From NCBI GenBank assembly GCA_951406725.2, contig OX597818.1, forward strand, positions 61,504,001-61,568,000: DNA of 64,000 nt, in the 5' to 3' direction. This document shows positions 25,031 to 37,543 of the stretch, piece by piece. Source of the DNA: Octopus vulgaris (lineage: Eukaryota). The notes below the pieces were generated by a model. The model was not told where the DNA came from. It saw only the letters and a program-made list of their open reading frames with translations, and did no database searches. Position 1 is the first letter of the stretch. Every line of letters starts with the position of its first letter. The translations under genes and the position numbers were made by a program.

Positions 25031-28000
25031 TCACCTTCTTAAGAAATAGTTTTATGTACACTGTTTACATTAGACTGTTGTCCCCATCTTGATTTCACTA
25101 GGATTTGGCCATTGTATGCTCCAGCCTTCTTTAGATATCTTGTGCTTCATCTCAGTGCCTTGTCTGGAATTGAACTCAGAACCTCAAGGTAATTGCACTG
25201 CGTTAACCAATGACTTTATCCACTACATCATTCCATAAGCAGTGAGAGAATGAATTTATAAGGCTTTTAAACATCCACTGATGTCTTATGTCAGCTCTAT
25301 ACGAATACAATTCTAAATTTCTCTCAGCTCTGTACTAATATTGTGTCAGCTCTGCACCAACACAATTCTATATTTTTGAGATGAGGAATTCATAATATGT
25401 ACACTGTTTACATTCGTCAACAAATATGAGAATAGTGTAAAAGTTTTCCTTGTAAAATGCAACTCTCATTATCTTCAGATTTTTAAGGCAATCACACATT
25501 CTTGCGTGGGTTAAGTCTGCAGTACAGCACTTGAATGAATTCAGATCCAGTGAAATTTTGGTGTATCAGACAACCAGAAAAGTTTACAGCACAAACATTG
25601 AAATACAAATCTAATAGCTTACTAAATAACAGAACAATAATTGTTATATTAATCACTAATGATAACATTTGATGCTTCAAATGAAAATGTCACATAACCC
25701 TAATACATTAATTGCCACTGTGAATATTTGATTACAGCTGAAAGTCAAAGCCCCATGGAGAATAAGGTAAATGAAATGCTTAACCAGAAATGAGACGTGC
25801 ACATAATAGAAGTTACTTGACAGAAGATTATCATCATCTTTGGTTTTCATTTCAATCACAAATAGTTTATCTTTTGTTTCTACTTTAGATTATGTTTTAA
25901 CTAAATCTAAGCTACAAAGAATCTATTTTTAAACCTCAGATTGTTAACAGTTTCAAATTTTCTGAAACAATATTCTGAGTTCTTAATCCAGACATTAAAA
26001 CAGTAAAAGAGAGTCAAACGTAATTCTTTATGATATTTCGGTTGAAGCTTTGCATTTCTGGATTCAAAATTAGCTGCTGATTTTGTTTTTTCACCTCATC
26101 AGGGTCTATAAAGTAATACATATCTATGTGGGTATCAAGTTCAACTGTAATTGATCTCTTCTCGCAAAAAAATACCTTGCAATTAAAGAAATTATTTAAT
26201 TTCTGTTACTTCAACTCTAAAAGCTTAAAGTCATTAAGTTAGAAATTGATGATGTAAAAGTTTCTAGATCTGCCCTATCACCTAAGCAATTATCCCATTT
26301 TGACGATATAATCTACTTTAATAACTGTGCTTTGCAGGAATAACCTTCATCTTGATACTTCGGAATTGTTTGTCCTCTCAACATCAGCACATTTAATTTA
26401 GTTTCCCCAAAGCAATTTTAAAGATACGGACTTATCGATGATATTAGAAATGCTTTGCCAATATAAACTAGTAGCAATTTTCAGCAGCTGGAAAGTAGAT
26501 AATTAAATGTATAAAATAATGACAGAAAAACAAATATTGAAAAAATTTGCTTGAAATCTTATATATTACAACAAAAACAGCGTAAAGGATATATTCAAAA
26601 TTAATTTGGTTCTGTATGTAGTTCCAACAAATTTACTTTTTATATTTAGGTGAAAGTTGATTGATAAAAGATACAATTGATTTGCTTATAATTTATCTAT
26701 TTTAATTCAAATAAGTTTCAAATGAAAGGAACAAATAACTGATATTGAAACTAAAAATTCCATTTGTTTTTACAAGATGTTAAGAGAGAAAATATTATAT
26801 ATTACTTCTTTTAAAGAATCATCTGAGAGAAATATAAACATCAATATTTTGGGGTTATAAATTATAACCACTTCATTTCTTATGAAACCACATTTTCAAT
26901 GATCAATGCACAGGTGAAAATTGCCTTCTAATATATATTTCCACAATTCCATTGCTAAACAAAATGTTTTTTGCTGTGCAGAATCTAATATAACATTGTA
27001 TATGCACTTGAATTAAGTCACATGAAAGTAAGTTCAAATTATCTAATATTTAATCATAGAAGGTAGAAAATGAAAGGACTATTGAAAAATTAAAATAATC
27101 TATACAGAAATATTGTTCTTCTGACACAAATTTGCCATGAAATACCATTCATTTTAAAATATATATCCATGTATTTCTAAAGATGAGAAACTAAAAACGA
27201 TGTTTTGATACGGAAAAAAAGAGAGCAATGAAAGAAAAACATGGCAGACTTTACATCAACAACACAGGATGTTATTGTTTCAGGCAAGTAATTCTCTTGT
27301 CAGACAATTCAGTGAATATGCCGATAAACAAAGAGTAGAGCCACAGACTGGCATTAAGTTTAATTATTTGTAATATTTTCCATCAATCAGTAAGGCATAA
27401 ACATATTACTTATGTTTGGCAAAGAACTACATAAAAATCTGTATGTGAAATTCTTTATTATGATTTGCAAAAGAGTTCAAGCAATTGAAGTTAACATGCT
27501 CAACTTATATATAATGCAATAATTCAAGACGAAAATATATTCCACATAAATGAATATCCTGTTTAATTGTGGTGTATAAAAATCAACATTGAAAGTGGAA
27601 TAAGAAAAAGAAAAAGAGAGAAGAAGCCTGGTAAGTAAACAAATGAATCACAAACAGAAAAATCAGAAAAGCCTGACAACAGTATAGTAAGGGCAATGAT
27701 AGTTTAAAGTACAAGGATTGATGCAATTAATATGACCAACTTAAAGAGATGTATAAGAATTTTGATGTAGTGGTTTCATCTTGTTCAACATATTTCAGTA
27801 GTACATCTGAGAGGCACCTAGTGCAATTATCCTATTTGTGTCTAAGTGTGAATGCCTGGAATTCAAACTGTTAGAGGAGAACATAAACAATAAGAGATTA
27901 AATGTCAATAACAAATTTTGACATCTTGACATGTTTTCCAACTAAAAATTGGTACACAACAAACGTTTTCTATTAAGTATCTTTCACTAGATTAATATGA

Positions 28001-28281
28001 CTTTCTTCAAAAGACAAATTGAATATTCAGGACAATACTGGGGATCAACAGTGTCTCTGTATGATCTAAAGAAGTGGTGCTTAATGTGGATGGCAACACT
28101 TCCTTGGAGGCATTGTAAGCAAAGAAGTGGCACATGTCATGAGGCTGCTATGGCACAGTAGTAGGTGTTCTACAGAGACCATGATTTTTCTTCAAATTAA
28201 CACAATTTAAACCAGTGTTACCACATTTTCCAAAGGAAACAAAATATGTATTGGGATTATAATATAAGAACATTAATGTAT

Positions 28282-28588
28282 TCTGTTGTGTCTGGGGAGA
28301 GTCATTTTCTTTTTGTGCCTTATAATATAACACACTCACTGGTAAAATTTCCACTTTTTCCTTATTTTTATTTTCCTAAAATTTTTGTTGCATCTTGCAA
28401 CCTTTTCAATAGTTTTGAGACGCAGCAAAAATTTTATAGAAATAAAAATAAGAAATAAGTGGAAATTTTACCGATGAGTGTGTTATATTATAAGGCACAA
28501 AAAGAAAATGACTCTCCCCAAACACAACAGAATATGCTTCAACACACGAACTCATATAAAGAATCTTGCAAACCAAATCCAAAAATGA
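28282..28588 (+). mobile_element. Asymmetric hairpin insertion, probable Penelope-like pLTR (family P3)
   Basis: Arms 28279-28395/28418-28534, tail 28535-28588; 13-bp TSD aacattaatgtat at 28269-28281 and 28589-28601; same family at 43078-43431. Confidence 0.75.
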
Positions 28589-29120
28589 AACATTAATGTA
28601 TCAAAACTAACCATGTCTGGAAGGAATTGAAGTTGTCATCATTTAGGATTCCTTCCCCATAATAGCTGAGAAAGGGGACTCAGTATATTATTACAAGTAA
28701 ATGGTGAATTAGATAACAAATATGTAGAAGTGTAGACTTGAGGTTCCAGTTGTCGTATATCAAACTCTATCTTTGAAATTAACAAAACGCATCAAGCAAG
28801 ACTGCTAATAGTTATATTTCAATTATTAAATATTGCTTCATATAATGATTTGTTGAATATCTCTGATAAAGGTGTTGGCTTCATTAACACCACTCATAAA
28901 GCTAATAGCATTTTATTTGTAATTTAAAATGAAAAGTTGTACATCATTTTACATCTGCTTTTCATACTGGCATTGGTTGGATAGATCAGTTCTTAATGGA
29001 AATTCTTAATGGAATTACTTCATTCCGGGACGTGTGGAGGAACACGTTTCACTCACATGCTTTAGCTAAGCATGGTTTTTGCAGTAGAATATCCTTTCAA
29101 ACATTAAGCATTTTCCAGAA

Positions 29121-29330
29121 TCATCATCATCATCATCATCACCATCATCATTTAGCGTCCGTTTTCCATGCTAGCATGGGTTGGACGGTTCAACTGGGGT
29201 CTGTGAAGCTGGAAGGCTTCATCAGGCCCAGTCAGATCTGGCAGTGTTCCTACGGCTGGATGCCCTTCCTAACGCCAACCACTCCGTGAGTGTAGTGGGT
29301 GCTTTTTACGTGCCATTTGTACAGGTGCCG
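29121..29330 (-). mobile_element. RTE LINE 3' end (family C)
   Basis: (CAT)n tail and family-C core. Confidence 0.88.
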
Positions 29331-29540
29331 GGAGCATTTTATCAGAATACCAACATAAGAGACCTTATGTTCTCAAATGAGAAGACTGGGTCCTCTGAAC
29401 CCTACATTACCTAAAACATTTGCTAACTACTTTACAGAGTGTACTGGGACTATTGTATCATGGCATCAGCAGAAGGTTGTTCTATGTTTTTTTCTTTTTT
29501 ATATTTACATGCATTTGTATCTCAATATAATTTCATTATG

Positions 29541-29985
29541 TAGGTGCAAGTATGGCTGTGTGGCAAAGAAATTTACTTCATAACCATATAGTTATGAGTT
29601 CTGACCAACAAGGCATACCTTGTACAAGGTGACTTCAACTTTAGCCCTGTTCCAATACCTGGAGTGTAAATTTAGTGCAAGCCTGTCCTTTCTCTATCTC
29701 TGAATGTGTGTGTATATATACATGTGTGTGCATGTACAAGTGTGCACATGTGCTTGCACATATATGTATCAACATTCTTTAACTTCGCTGGTCACCATCT
29801 TCACAAAATGGCATTATGCTTCTATTATTAACAATATGACTTGCTCTGTGCATTCAAACATCGGATGAGTAACTCTTTACTTAAAGAATAGTTAAGGTTT
29901 TGCAAAAACGAAACCAAGTCATGGAATTTCTGCCAGAAATAAGTATTTATTCAGGCCTTACCAGCATGGAAGACACATATGGAAA
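29541..29985 (+). mobile_element. Old degenerate tRNA-derived SINE (family-A-like head)
   Basis: aggtgcaagtatggctgtgtggcaaag...gagttctgacc...ccttgtacaag, internal TG microsatellite, 3' ccagcatggaag. Confidence 0.5.
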
Positions 29986-32142
29986 CAAATGAAATTTTAT
30001 TTTATATAAGCTTTTGCCTTCTTTAATAATTTCAATAAAAACGTTAATATAAGTGGTTCTAGTTCAAATAAGTACTTTTTTTAAAGAAGAGTACATTCTG
30101 GATAGGATACTAAAAGAACAAAATGGATAAAAAACACAGCACAAACTAAGCTCCTGTTTTATTAAAATAAGATTTTTTTTCTTCATCTTTTGTGTATGTA
30201 AAACATGAGTGGGTGTTTGAAAATGCTGTTTGGTTAAACAATGGTGCTCTGAGATACAAAAGGTCTGGAGCTAGTGATATGGATTATGTCACAGAGAAAA
30301 AAGATTATATCTTAATTTACTTCTAATTTTGTTTCAGCTCTAATTAGCGTTTTATAGTAGTAAGTGCAGTCATATTTTCATAAATTTTGTCATATATTCT
30401 CCAAAATTGAAAATACAAAAAAAAAGTACAATAATTAGCAGAAGAAAACTAAATGATTTTGTTGTATGTCAAAGGTCATTTATTTTTAATCTATCTTCGT
30501 TTTTTTGGTTTTTTTTTTTGCAGTAGTGTGACATTCAAAGAGGGATTCAGTGGTCCCTCAATGTAAAGAAGTGAAATATCCCCCCCTGGCCTATCATGCT
30601 TGCTAATTAAGATGGGTGTGCCACATGTGCCTTTGCTCCTGGGTACTGAGAACCTTTGTGTAACCCAATGTAACATCACAAGTTCTGATTGACATTCATG
30701 AAAATTGGGGAAACACGAAAGTATTAACATTTCCCATTAATTGATGGTGTTGCTTGATTTGCGTGCTTGTGCATTATATATTAGTATGTGTGTGTGCACA
30801 CGTGTGTGAACGCACACACATGAAACAATTAGTACTTGTACAATTAATGAAATCAGCGTGACATTTTTGTCTTTTTATGAACAAAAAATATCAGGCACGA
30901 AATTTTGTCATTGTAAAATCTCTCATCTGCAATTGCAAGTGAATATTCTAAATAAAGAATATGGAGATAAAAATTCTATGCCCAAATTTAAGAAAATAAA
31001 AAAAGAAACAGACAAATATGGATAAACTGGAATGCATAGTCCCCAAAATAACAGAACATTTTAAAGTGATCTCTGTAGGCACATATTTGTATTGCATAAT
31101 AAAATAAAACAACATTGTCCAAAGACTTAAAATATACATGCAGCATTTACCTTCCAACTCCTTTTCCCTTTAGAAGTAATGTTGCTTTTTCTGAAATGCT
31201 TTTAGCTAAAATAGATATTGTTAATGTGATTTCAAGATAACAATCCAAGTGGATTTTTTTCCTTCTTTTACTTACATGACATTTTACATTGAAAAGTAAC
31301 TTCTGGTTGTTCTTATTATTGAATTTTGTCACCCTATTAAAATGACCAGACAACTAAGTAACATAGTAAGAAATGTCTAAGTGAATAAGATACTGACTCC
31401 TCTATGATGAAGAACTGAGAGTTCAGATTTCGACAAGGCCATGGACACCAAATTCTAACATAAAATGTAATTTGGAAGATGATGGTGCTGTAACCAATTT
31501 TGATTGAAGAATAGATCTTGAAATGCATATGGGAAAATTATATGTAATTTTGATTAAATTTTTGTAAAGAACAATTTCAAAATAATGTAACAGCGACAAA
31601 TTTTTCAAATAAATTCTGCATTCATTCTGATAAATTACTAATTTTAATTAAGACTCCAGTAATTTGTGATTACTTACAGATAAGGTTATGACTGCTCTGA
31701 TACAAACGTAGTTAAGTAAGGAAGCCCAAAATGATATTAAAAAAATATCATCTATCCTGGCTTTTCGGAAGTTATACAAAGTGTAAACAACAGGTACAGA
31801 TCAGGTGCAGGAAAAATCTTTGGGTGGATTATACAGAATCAAAACATTATGAAATGGTAAATGTCAGACATAATGCGAAGAGTGGAATGCTTGACAAGCT
31901 TTTGAGTTGTTGATATCGTGAAACATAAAAGCAAGAAATAAAACCAGATTTTCCATTAAAGCTAAGATTCAATTAAGTTGTTGGTAGAAGAGGTTTCCAT
32001 AATAATTGCCACAAGCAAGAAATCATTTGTATTACAGTTGCTTATTTTGTTTTTCTTTCAGTACTCAAAATAACCCTAAACAAGGCCCATAAGCTACTTC
32101 TAGGCAAAGGGTTAGGAGAAAAAGGGATAGGCACAGAAATTT

Positions 32143-32164
32143 TATATATATATGTATACATATG

Positions 32165-32230
<66 letters not shown>

Positions 32231-32248
32231 TACACACACACACACACA
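32143..32248. repeat. Compound TA/CA microsatellite
   Basis: Direct reading. Confidence 0.95.
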
Positions 32249-32879
32249 TGCAGGAGCAATATGTTAGATGGCAAAGAAAAGACAGCAATAAAATAATTGG
32301 GAAAAGATTTCAATGAAATACATTGAGATAGTGATAAAAGAACTGATGACAATAAAACGGAGTAAATGAGATGACAATAAAGGAGCCAATAAAATTAAAT
32401 AAAATGAGACGGTAATAAAAGAGTAATAAAAATATTGAAATGTAGGAAACCACCAACATTAAGTAAAGTATGTGTTAATCTCGAATTTAAAGAGATCAAC
32501 ATTGTATTCTTGCAAAGAAACAATGGGAAGAAGAGAGTTTATTCCCACAATTCAGTTCTCCTGGTTGAAGAAAAACTGGCAAGGAAAAAGTTTTCTGCAC
32601 TGAACTTCCAATATGTCCATGAGATATCCAGGAAGTATAAATGTAATTTGTGAAATTTGACAAACTGATTTTTAGTTTGGTCTGCACAAGAAAGTAAACC
32701 AAGAAGATGACTGGACATCAGAATTAATGGCCAGAGTAAAGTTGTAGAGGCAAAACTGCCAATATGAATATGTAATATGATTATAAGATATGTGCAAAGA
32801 GAAAACCTGATGGGAGTTAATTTTCCCAAATCTTGGTGAAAGAAAAAAAAAATTAACACAAAAATGCTGCAATTTAATT

Positions 32880-33318
32880 CCGTGCAAGTGGAGCGTTAAG
32901 AGCACCATCCGGGCATGATCATTGCCAGAGCAGCTGACTGGTTTTCGTGCTGGTGGCACGTAAAAAGCACCATTCGAGTGTGATCATTACCAGCGTTGCT
33001 TTACTAACACTTGTGCCAGTGGAACATGAAAAAAACTTTCGAGTGAGGTCGTTACCAGTGCCGCTAGACTGGCTTCTGTGCAGGTGGCACATAAGAAACA
33101 CCATTTGAGCATGGCCGCTGCCAGTACTGCCCGACTGGCCCTCGTGCTGGTGGCATGTAAAAGCACTCACTACACTCTCAGAGTGGTTGGAGTTAGAAAG
33201 GGCATCCAGCTGTCGAAACTCTGCCAGAACAGATTGGAGCCTGGTGGAGCCATCTGGTTCACCAGTCCTCAGTCAAATCATCCAACCCATGCTAGCGGAC
33301 GTTAAATGATGATGATGA
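32880..33318 (+). mobile_element. RTE LINE 3'UTR (family C) with ~5 tandem modules
   Basis: Repeated gtgc.ggtggcac.taaaaagcacc modules spaced ~65 bp apart, ggcatccagctgt core, GAT tail. Confidence 0.88.
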
Positions 33319-34989
33319 GTAAAACACTGAATAGAGGTGTTCGTTGTGATTTCAGTGCAAGATAATGGGTGACAACAGTTGAGCATACGATAGTGATGAT
33401 GAGACTAATTGTGAGGGTGATCATGACTTATTAGTGCAATGTAATAAACAGTAAAAGGAGCAACAACATCAAATCAGAGAAATCCAATGACGGTTTAATC
33501 CTACAAATTGTAAACAAGTATAATAAATTAAGGGTAGCTCAATGTAGAAGCAAATGAAACAATATAATTCATGAGTATTTCATTAGCTTTCAGTGTCCTG
33601 CTATGGAACTGGAATCACCAATTGAAATCCACTCCAGGACAGTCTCAAAGACGACTGAAAATCAGAAAAACCTCCAAGACTGTCTCTCCTTGAGATATGT
33701 TCAAACATTTAAAGCAGCAGAAATTAATAACATCAGGTTTTCTACTGAATGAATTTTGCTGGATGCACAAAGAAAATATTACAACCAACAAAATGGCAGT
33801 TGGATTCTGCTTTAGAAATTAAATATCGCTTTAAAAATTTTCATTTTCTTAAAACAATAAATTCTTTTTCAATGGATAGCATTAATTTTATAACGCAGCT
33901 TTGATTTGTAAATTTACTTCTAGTTAACATAAAAAATATTTGAAAACAATATATATGAGGATAGGAAAATGACTGTTGATGTATGAACAGGAATAAGTGT
34001 TGCAAGATGTTATTGGAAAAAAAAAAAAGGTAAAATAAGTCTAAGAATTTCAAATAAATGGTATTTTTCATGATTCTTTAAAATTTCCTGTAGGTAGTAA
34101 ATAAACTACACAGGAAAAAAAATTAAATAAAGCATCTGGGAAAGATATCCCAAAAACCATTTTTCACAATTTTATAGTTTTTAAAATGTTTGTTTTTTTT
34201 TTGTTTGGCTTTGTTTTTTCCCCATAATACATACATTGATTTGCCAAAATAGAATTTTCTTGGTCAGTAAAATGTAATTATGATAGCAAAAACATTTATC
34301 TAAAAGATAAGAGAGAAAAAAAAAATAGAGTCAGGAAATAGTTTGCCAATCTGTTGTCATAGAAACATTACTATTTGAAAATAATCAGTCAGTAGCTGAG
34401 CATTATATACTCAAAAAAACAAAAAAAAAAAAAAAAAGAAAGAAAGAAATTAGGAGGAAACAGGATGATATAATGGAATGGTTTGCAATATTCTAAAACT
34501 TTTACTGTTCAAATGCAGTGTATTTATTTTTCTACTTTAAAAACAATAAAATAGAGCAGCAGAATGAACATATGTTAGGAATAAATTCAACATTTAGCTG
34601 CCACATATGATTATAGTCAATGAGTTGATAATTTATCAAGAAAATTAGTAAGAGAGAACAAAAAGGAATACAACAGTTACTATTCTTCAACATGTTTATA
34701 GTTTGGCTATAAAATTGGCTCTTGGTTTAGTTTTCCTCCAAATGAATAAAAAAAAAACTACAGCATGTATTACATATACGCATTGGTTTATAAGAAGAAT
34801 AACTATAGTTCTTAACGGAACTCAAAATCCGAAGGAAAGGTATTTCTGTAAGACAATATAAAGGTGATTACTACAGTGGTACTGCCATTTCCCTCTTGCA
34901 AGCTCATCCTAGCAATTTATGATGAGCTGTTTTTACTGTTATTAGCGAATCTAATTAGTAGTAAAACAATACCATTGCAATCCGATTTT

Positions 34990-35009
34990 TATATACACAA
35001 ACACACATG

Positions 35010-35045
<36 letters not shown>

Positions 35046-35108
35046 CATACACACACACACACACATATATATATACATATACACACACACACACACATAT
35101 ATATATAT

Positions 35109-35181
<73 letters not shown>

Positions 35182-35500
35182 CACACACACACACATATAT
35201 ATATATATACATACACACACACATATATATATATATACATACACACACATATATATATATACATACACACACACATATATATATATACACACACACATAT
35301 ATATATATATACACACACATATATATATATATACACACACACATATATATATATACATACACACCCACATATATATACATATATACACACATATATATAC
35401 ATATATACATACACACACACACACATATATATATTTATACACACACACACAGACACGTACACATGCATGTATGTATGTATATACAAGATGTACCTATATA
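34990..35500. repeat. ~500-bp compound (CA)n/(TA)n microsatellite
   Basis: Alternating CA and TA blocks; source of the HT/YI/VC pseudo-ORFs. Confidence 0.97.
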
Positions 35501-35749
35501 CACATATCCTCATCTAACATCAGCATTCACTCAGCTGCAAGACTGTGCTCTGGTTTCAGGATTACTTCATTCTTTCCTCCTGCTTCTCTCAGAATACCCT
35601 GAAAAAGTATAAAGTTCACAGGCCCTGCCTTCTCTCCCTGACTAAACCGTAAATACCATAGAAAAACAAAAGAGAATCTTGAAAAAGTATGCAATCCTTC
35701 AGGCAAAAAAAAGATATTTGGAAATCATACTTTTACTTGTTGCCTGAAG

Positions 35750-35795
35750 GATAGTCTCTGATGAGAAATTCTGAGTAGCAACGGAGTAAACTATC
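35750..35795 (+). ncRNA. Degenerate type-I hammerhead ribozyme motif lacking stem II
   Basis: Stem I gatagt(35750-55)/actatc(35790-95); CTGATGA at 35758-64 directly followed by GAAA; stem III ttctg/cggag; GTA at 35786-88; AATAAA near 35807. Confidence 0.5.
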
Positions 35796-36094
35796 AGCTT
35801 TGAAGAAATAAATGAACTCTTACTTGCATTCTATATTTTTTCTCTCATTTCTATATCCAAATGACTACATATATAATATATACATATATACATATATAAA
35901 TCATATATAAATGCACAGACATGATCGTGTGGTTTCTTTTCACAATCACATTGCTTTAGTATTTAATTCCACAGGTCAACTTGACATTTCTTCCTAAGAA
36001 CATAAAGTAAGTACTTGAAAAGTACCTGTTTGTTATAATCAATAATACCTTTGCAGCCATCTAATGACAGAAACCAGGTAAACTGCTCTATATA

Positions 36095-36295
36095 TATGAT
36101 TGATCGCTAGCCACTAAACCTTTTTTTTTTATTTTCTCTCTCTGTTTATTTCTGTGTTCCTTTCTGCTGAAGAGCATATGCTCGAAACAATAAAAGACTT
36201 TCTCACTTCCTGACTGTTAAACTAATACACCTGTTTGTTGTTTACACACTCATCTTCGGCTTTTCTTTTGTTTGCTCTTTTGTAAATTCCACCTA
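36095..36295 (+). mobile_element. Probable Penelope-like pLTR fragment with a decayed minimal hammerhead
   Basis: ctttctg-CTGAAGA(36167-73)-gcatatgctc-GAAAC(36184-88)-aataaaag; T-rich body; flanked by TA runs. Confidence 0.45.
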
Positions 36296-36311
36296 TATAT
36301 ATATATATATA

Positions 36312-36550
36312 CTTTATTTTAAGCAGCAGAAAATTCAAGAAAATCTGTTACTCTGAGTTTCCCATTGCCGTTCATCAGACAGTTTTTGCTAGAAAAAACT
36401 GCAAAAACTGTCTGATGAACGGCAACGGGAAACTCAGAGTAACAGATTTTGTTGAATTTTCTGCTGCTTAAAATAAAGCATATTACTCTACCACTGGTAT
36501 TTGAGTACTCTTTTTTCCACCTTGTTTCACATTTATGTGTTTACTCCGGT
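36312..36550 (+). mobile_element. Penelope-like inverted pLTR pair with hammerhead (family P4)
   Basis: 78-bp arms 36312-36389/36401-36478 (2 mismatches), 11-nt spacer, 72-nt tail; hammerhead core in each arm; inserted in (TA)n. Confidence 0.8.
36408..36445 (+). ncRNA. Minimal type-I hammerhead ribozyme motif
   Basis: ctgt-CTGATGA-a cg GCAA cg g-GAAA-c tcaga-GTA-acag. Stem I ctgt/acag, stem II with GNRA loop, palindromic stem III actc-a-gagt; predicted cleavage after 36441. Mirror copy on the minus strand at 36345-36382. Confidence 0.7.
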
Positions 36551-36562
36551 ATATATATATAT

Positions 36563-37495
36563 ATCATCATCATCATCGTTTAACGCCCGCTTTCCATGCT
36601 AGCACGGGTTGGACGGTTCAACTGGGGTCTGGGAAGCCCGAAGGCTGCACCAGGCCAGTCAGATGTGGCAGTGTTTCTACAGCTGGATGCCCTTCCTAAC
36701 GCCAACCACTCCGAGAGTGTAGTGGGTGATTTTATGTGCCACCGACACAGGTGCCAGACGAGGCTGGCAGACGGCCACGCTCGGATGGTGTTTTTTATGT
36801 GCCACCGACACAGGTGCCAGACGAGGCTGGCAGACGGCCACGCTCGGATGGTGTTTTCTTATGTGTCACCGACACAGGTGCCAGACGAGGCTGGCGGACG
36901 GCCACGCTCGGATGGTGTTTGTTACGTGCCCTCAGCACGGAGGCCAGTCATTGCGGTACTGGCTACGGTCACATTCGGATGGTTTTCTAATGTGCCACCG
37001 GCACTGGTACCACAAGGATACAAATTCCATTGATGTTCATCTATTTTGATTTGGTTCGATTTGATTCGATACGATTCGATTTTCACTTGCCTCAACAGGT
37101 CTTCACAAGTGTCACAAGAAGGAAGGTATGCACAGGTGGACTGACTACGTCCCAGGTAGGGGCCACGGATTATGGCTTCACTAGTCTTGCCGGGTCTTCT
37201 CACGCACAGCATACTTCCATAGGTCTCGGTCTCTAGTCATTTCCATGGTGAGACCTAACGTCCGAAGGTCGTGCTTCACCACCTCGTCCCAGGTTTTCCT
37301 GGGTCTACCTCTTCCACGGGTTCCCTCAACTGCTAGGGATTGGCACTTTCTCACACACCTATCTTCATCCATTCTCGCCACATGACCATACCAGCGCAAT
37401 CGTCTCTCTTGCACACAACAACTGATGCTTCTTAGGTACAACATTTCTCTCAAGGTACTAACGCTCTGTCGAGTAAGTACACTGACATTACACAT

Positions 37496-37498
<3 letters not shown>
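36563..37498 (-). mobile_element. 5'-truncated RTE LINE (ORF2 C-terminus, full 3'UTR, GAT tail)
   Basis: ORF fragment at 37181-37495 followed on the minus strand by the 3'UTR, five ~63-66-bp modules, the family-C core and (GAT)n; flanked by (TA)n. Confidence 0.93.
37181..37495 (-). pseudogene. RTE LINE ORF2 C-terminal fragment (uninterrupted, 5'-truncated)
   Basis: RRLRWYGHVARMDEDRCVRKC...VEGTRGRGRPRKTWDEVVKHDL...DRDLW is the canonical RTE ORF2 C-terminus. Confidence 0.92.

Positions 37499-37541
<43 letters not shown>
37499..37541. repeat. (TA)n microsatellite
   Basis: Direct reading. Confidence 0.95.

Positions 37542-37543
<2 letters not shown>

Noticed and set aside
31370-31440. tRNA-like A/B-box heads (also at ~25140-25230, 52640-52730, 56620-56700)
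   Set aside because: Too degenerate to assign; likely ancient SINE heads rather than functional RNA genes.
34864-35612. Longest ORFs (155-217 aa; HT/YI/VC-rich)
   Set aside because: They are translations of a CA/TA microsatellite, which lacks stop codons in several frames.
36596-37049. 145-aa repetitive ORF and a CRISPR-like ~63-bp periodicity
   Set aside because: Antisense to an RTE 3'UTR; the units are whole tandem repeats without unique spacers; no cas genes; eukaryotic context.
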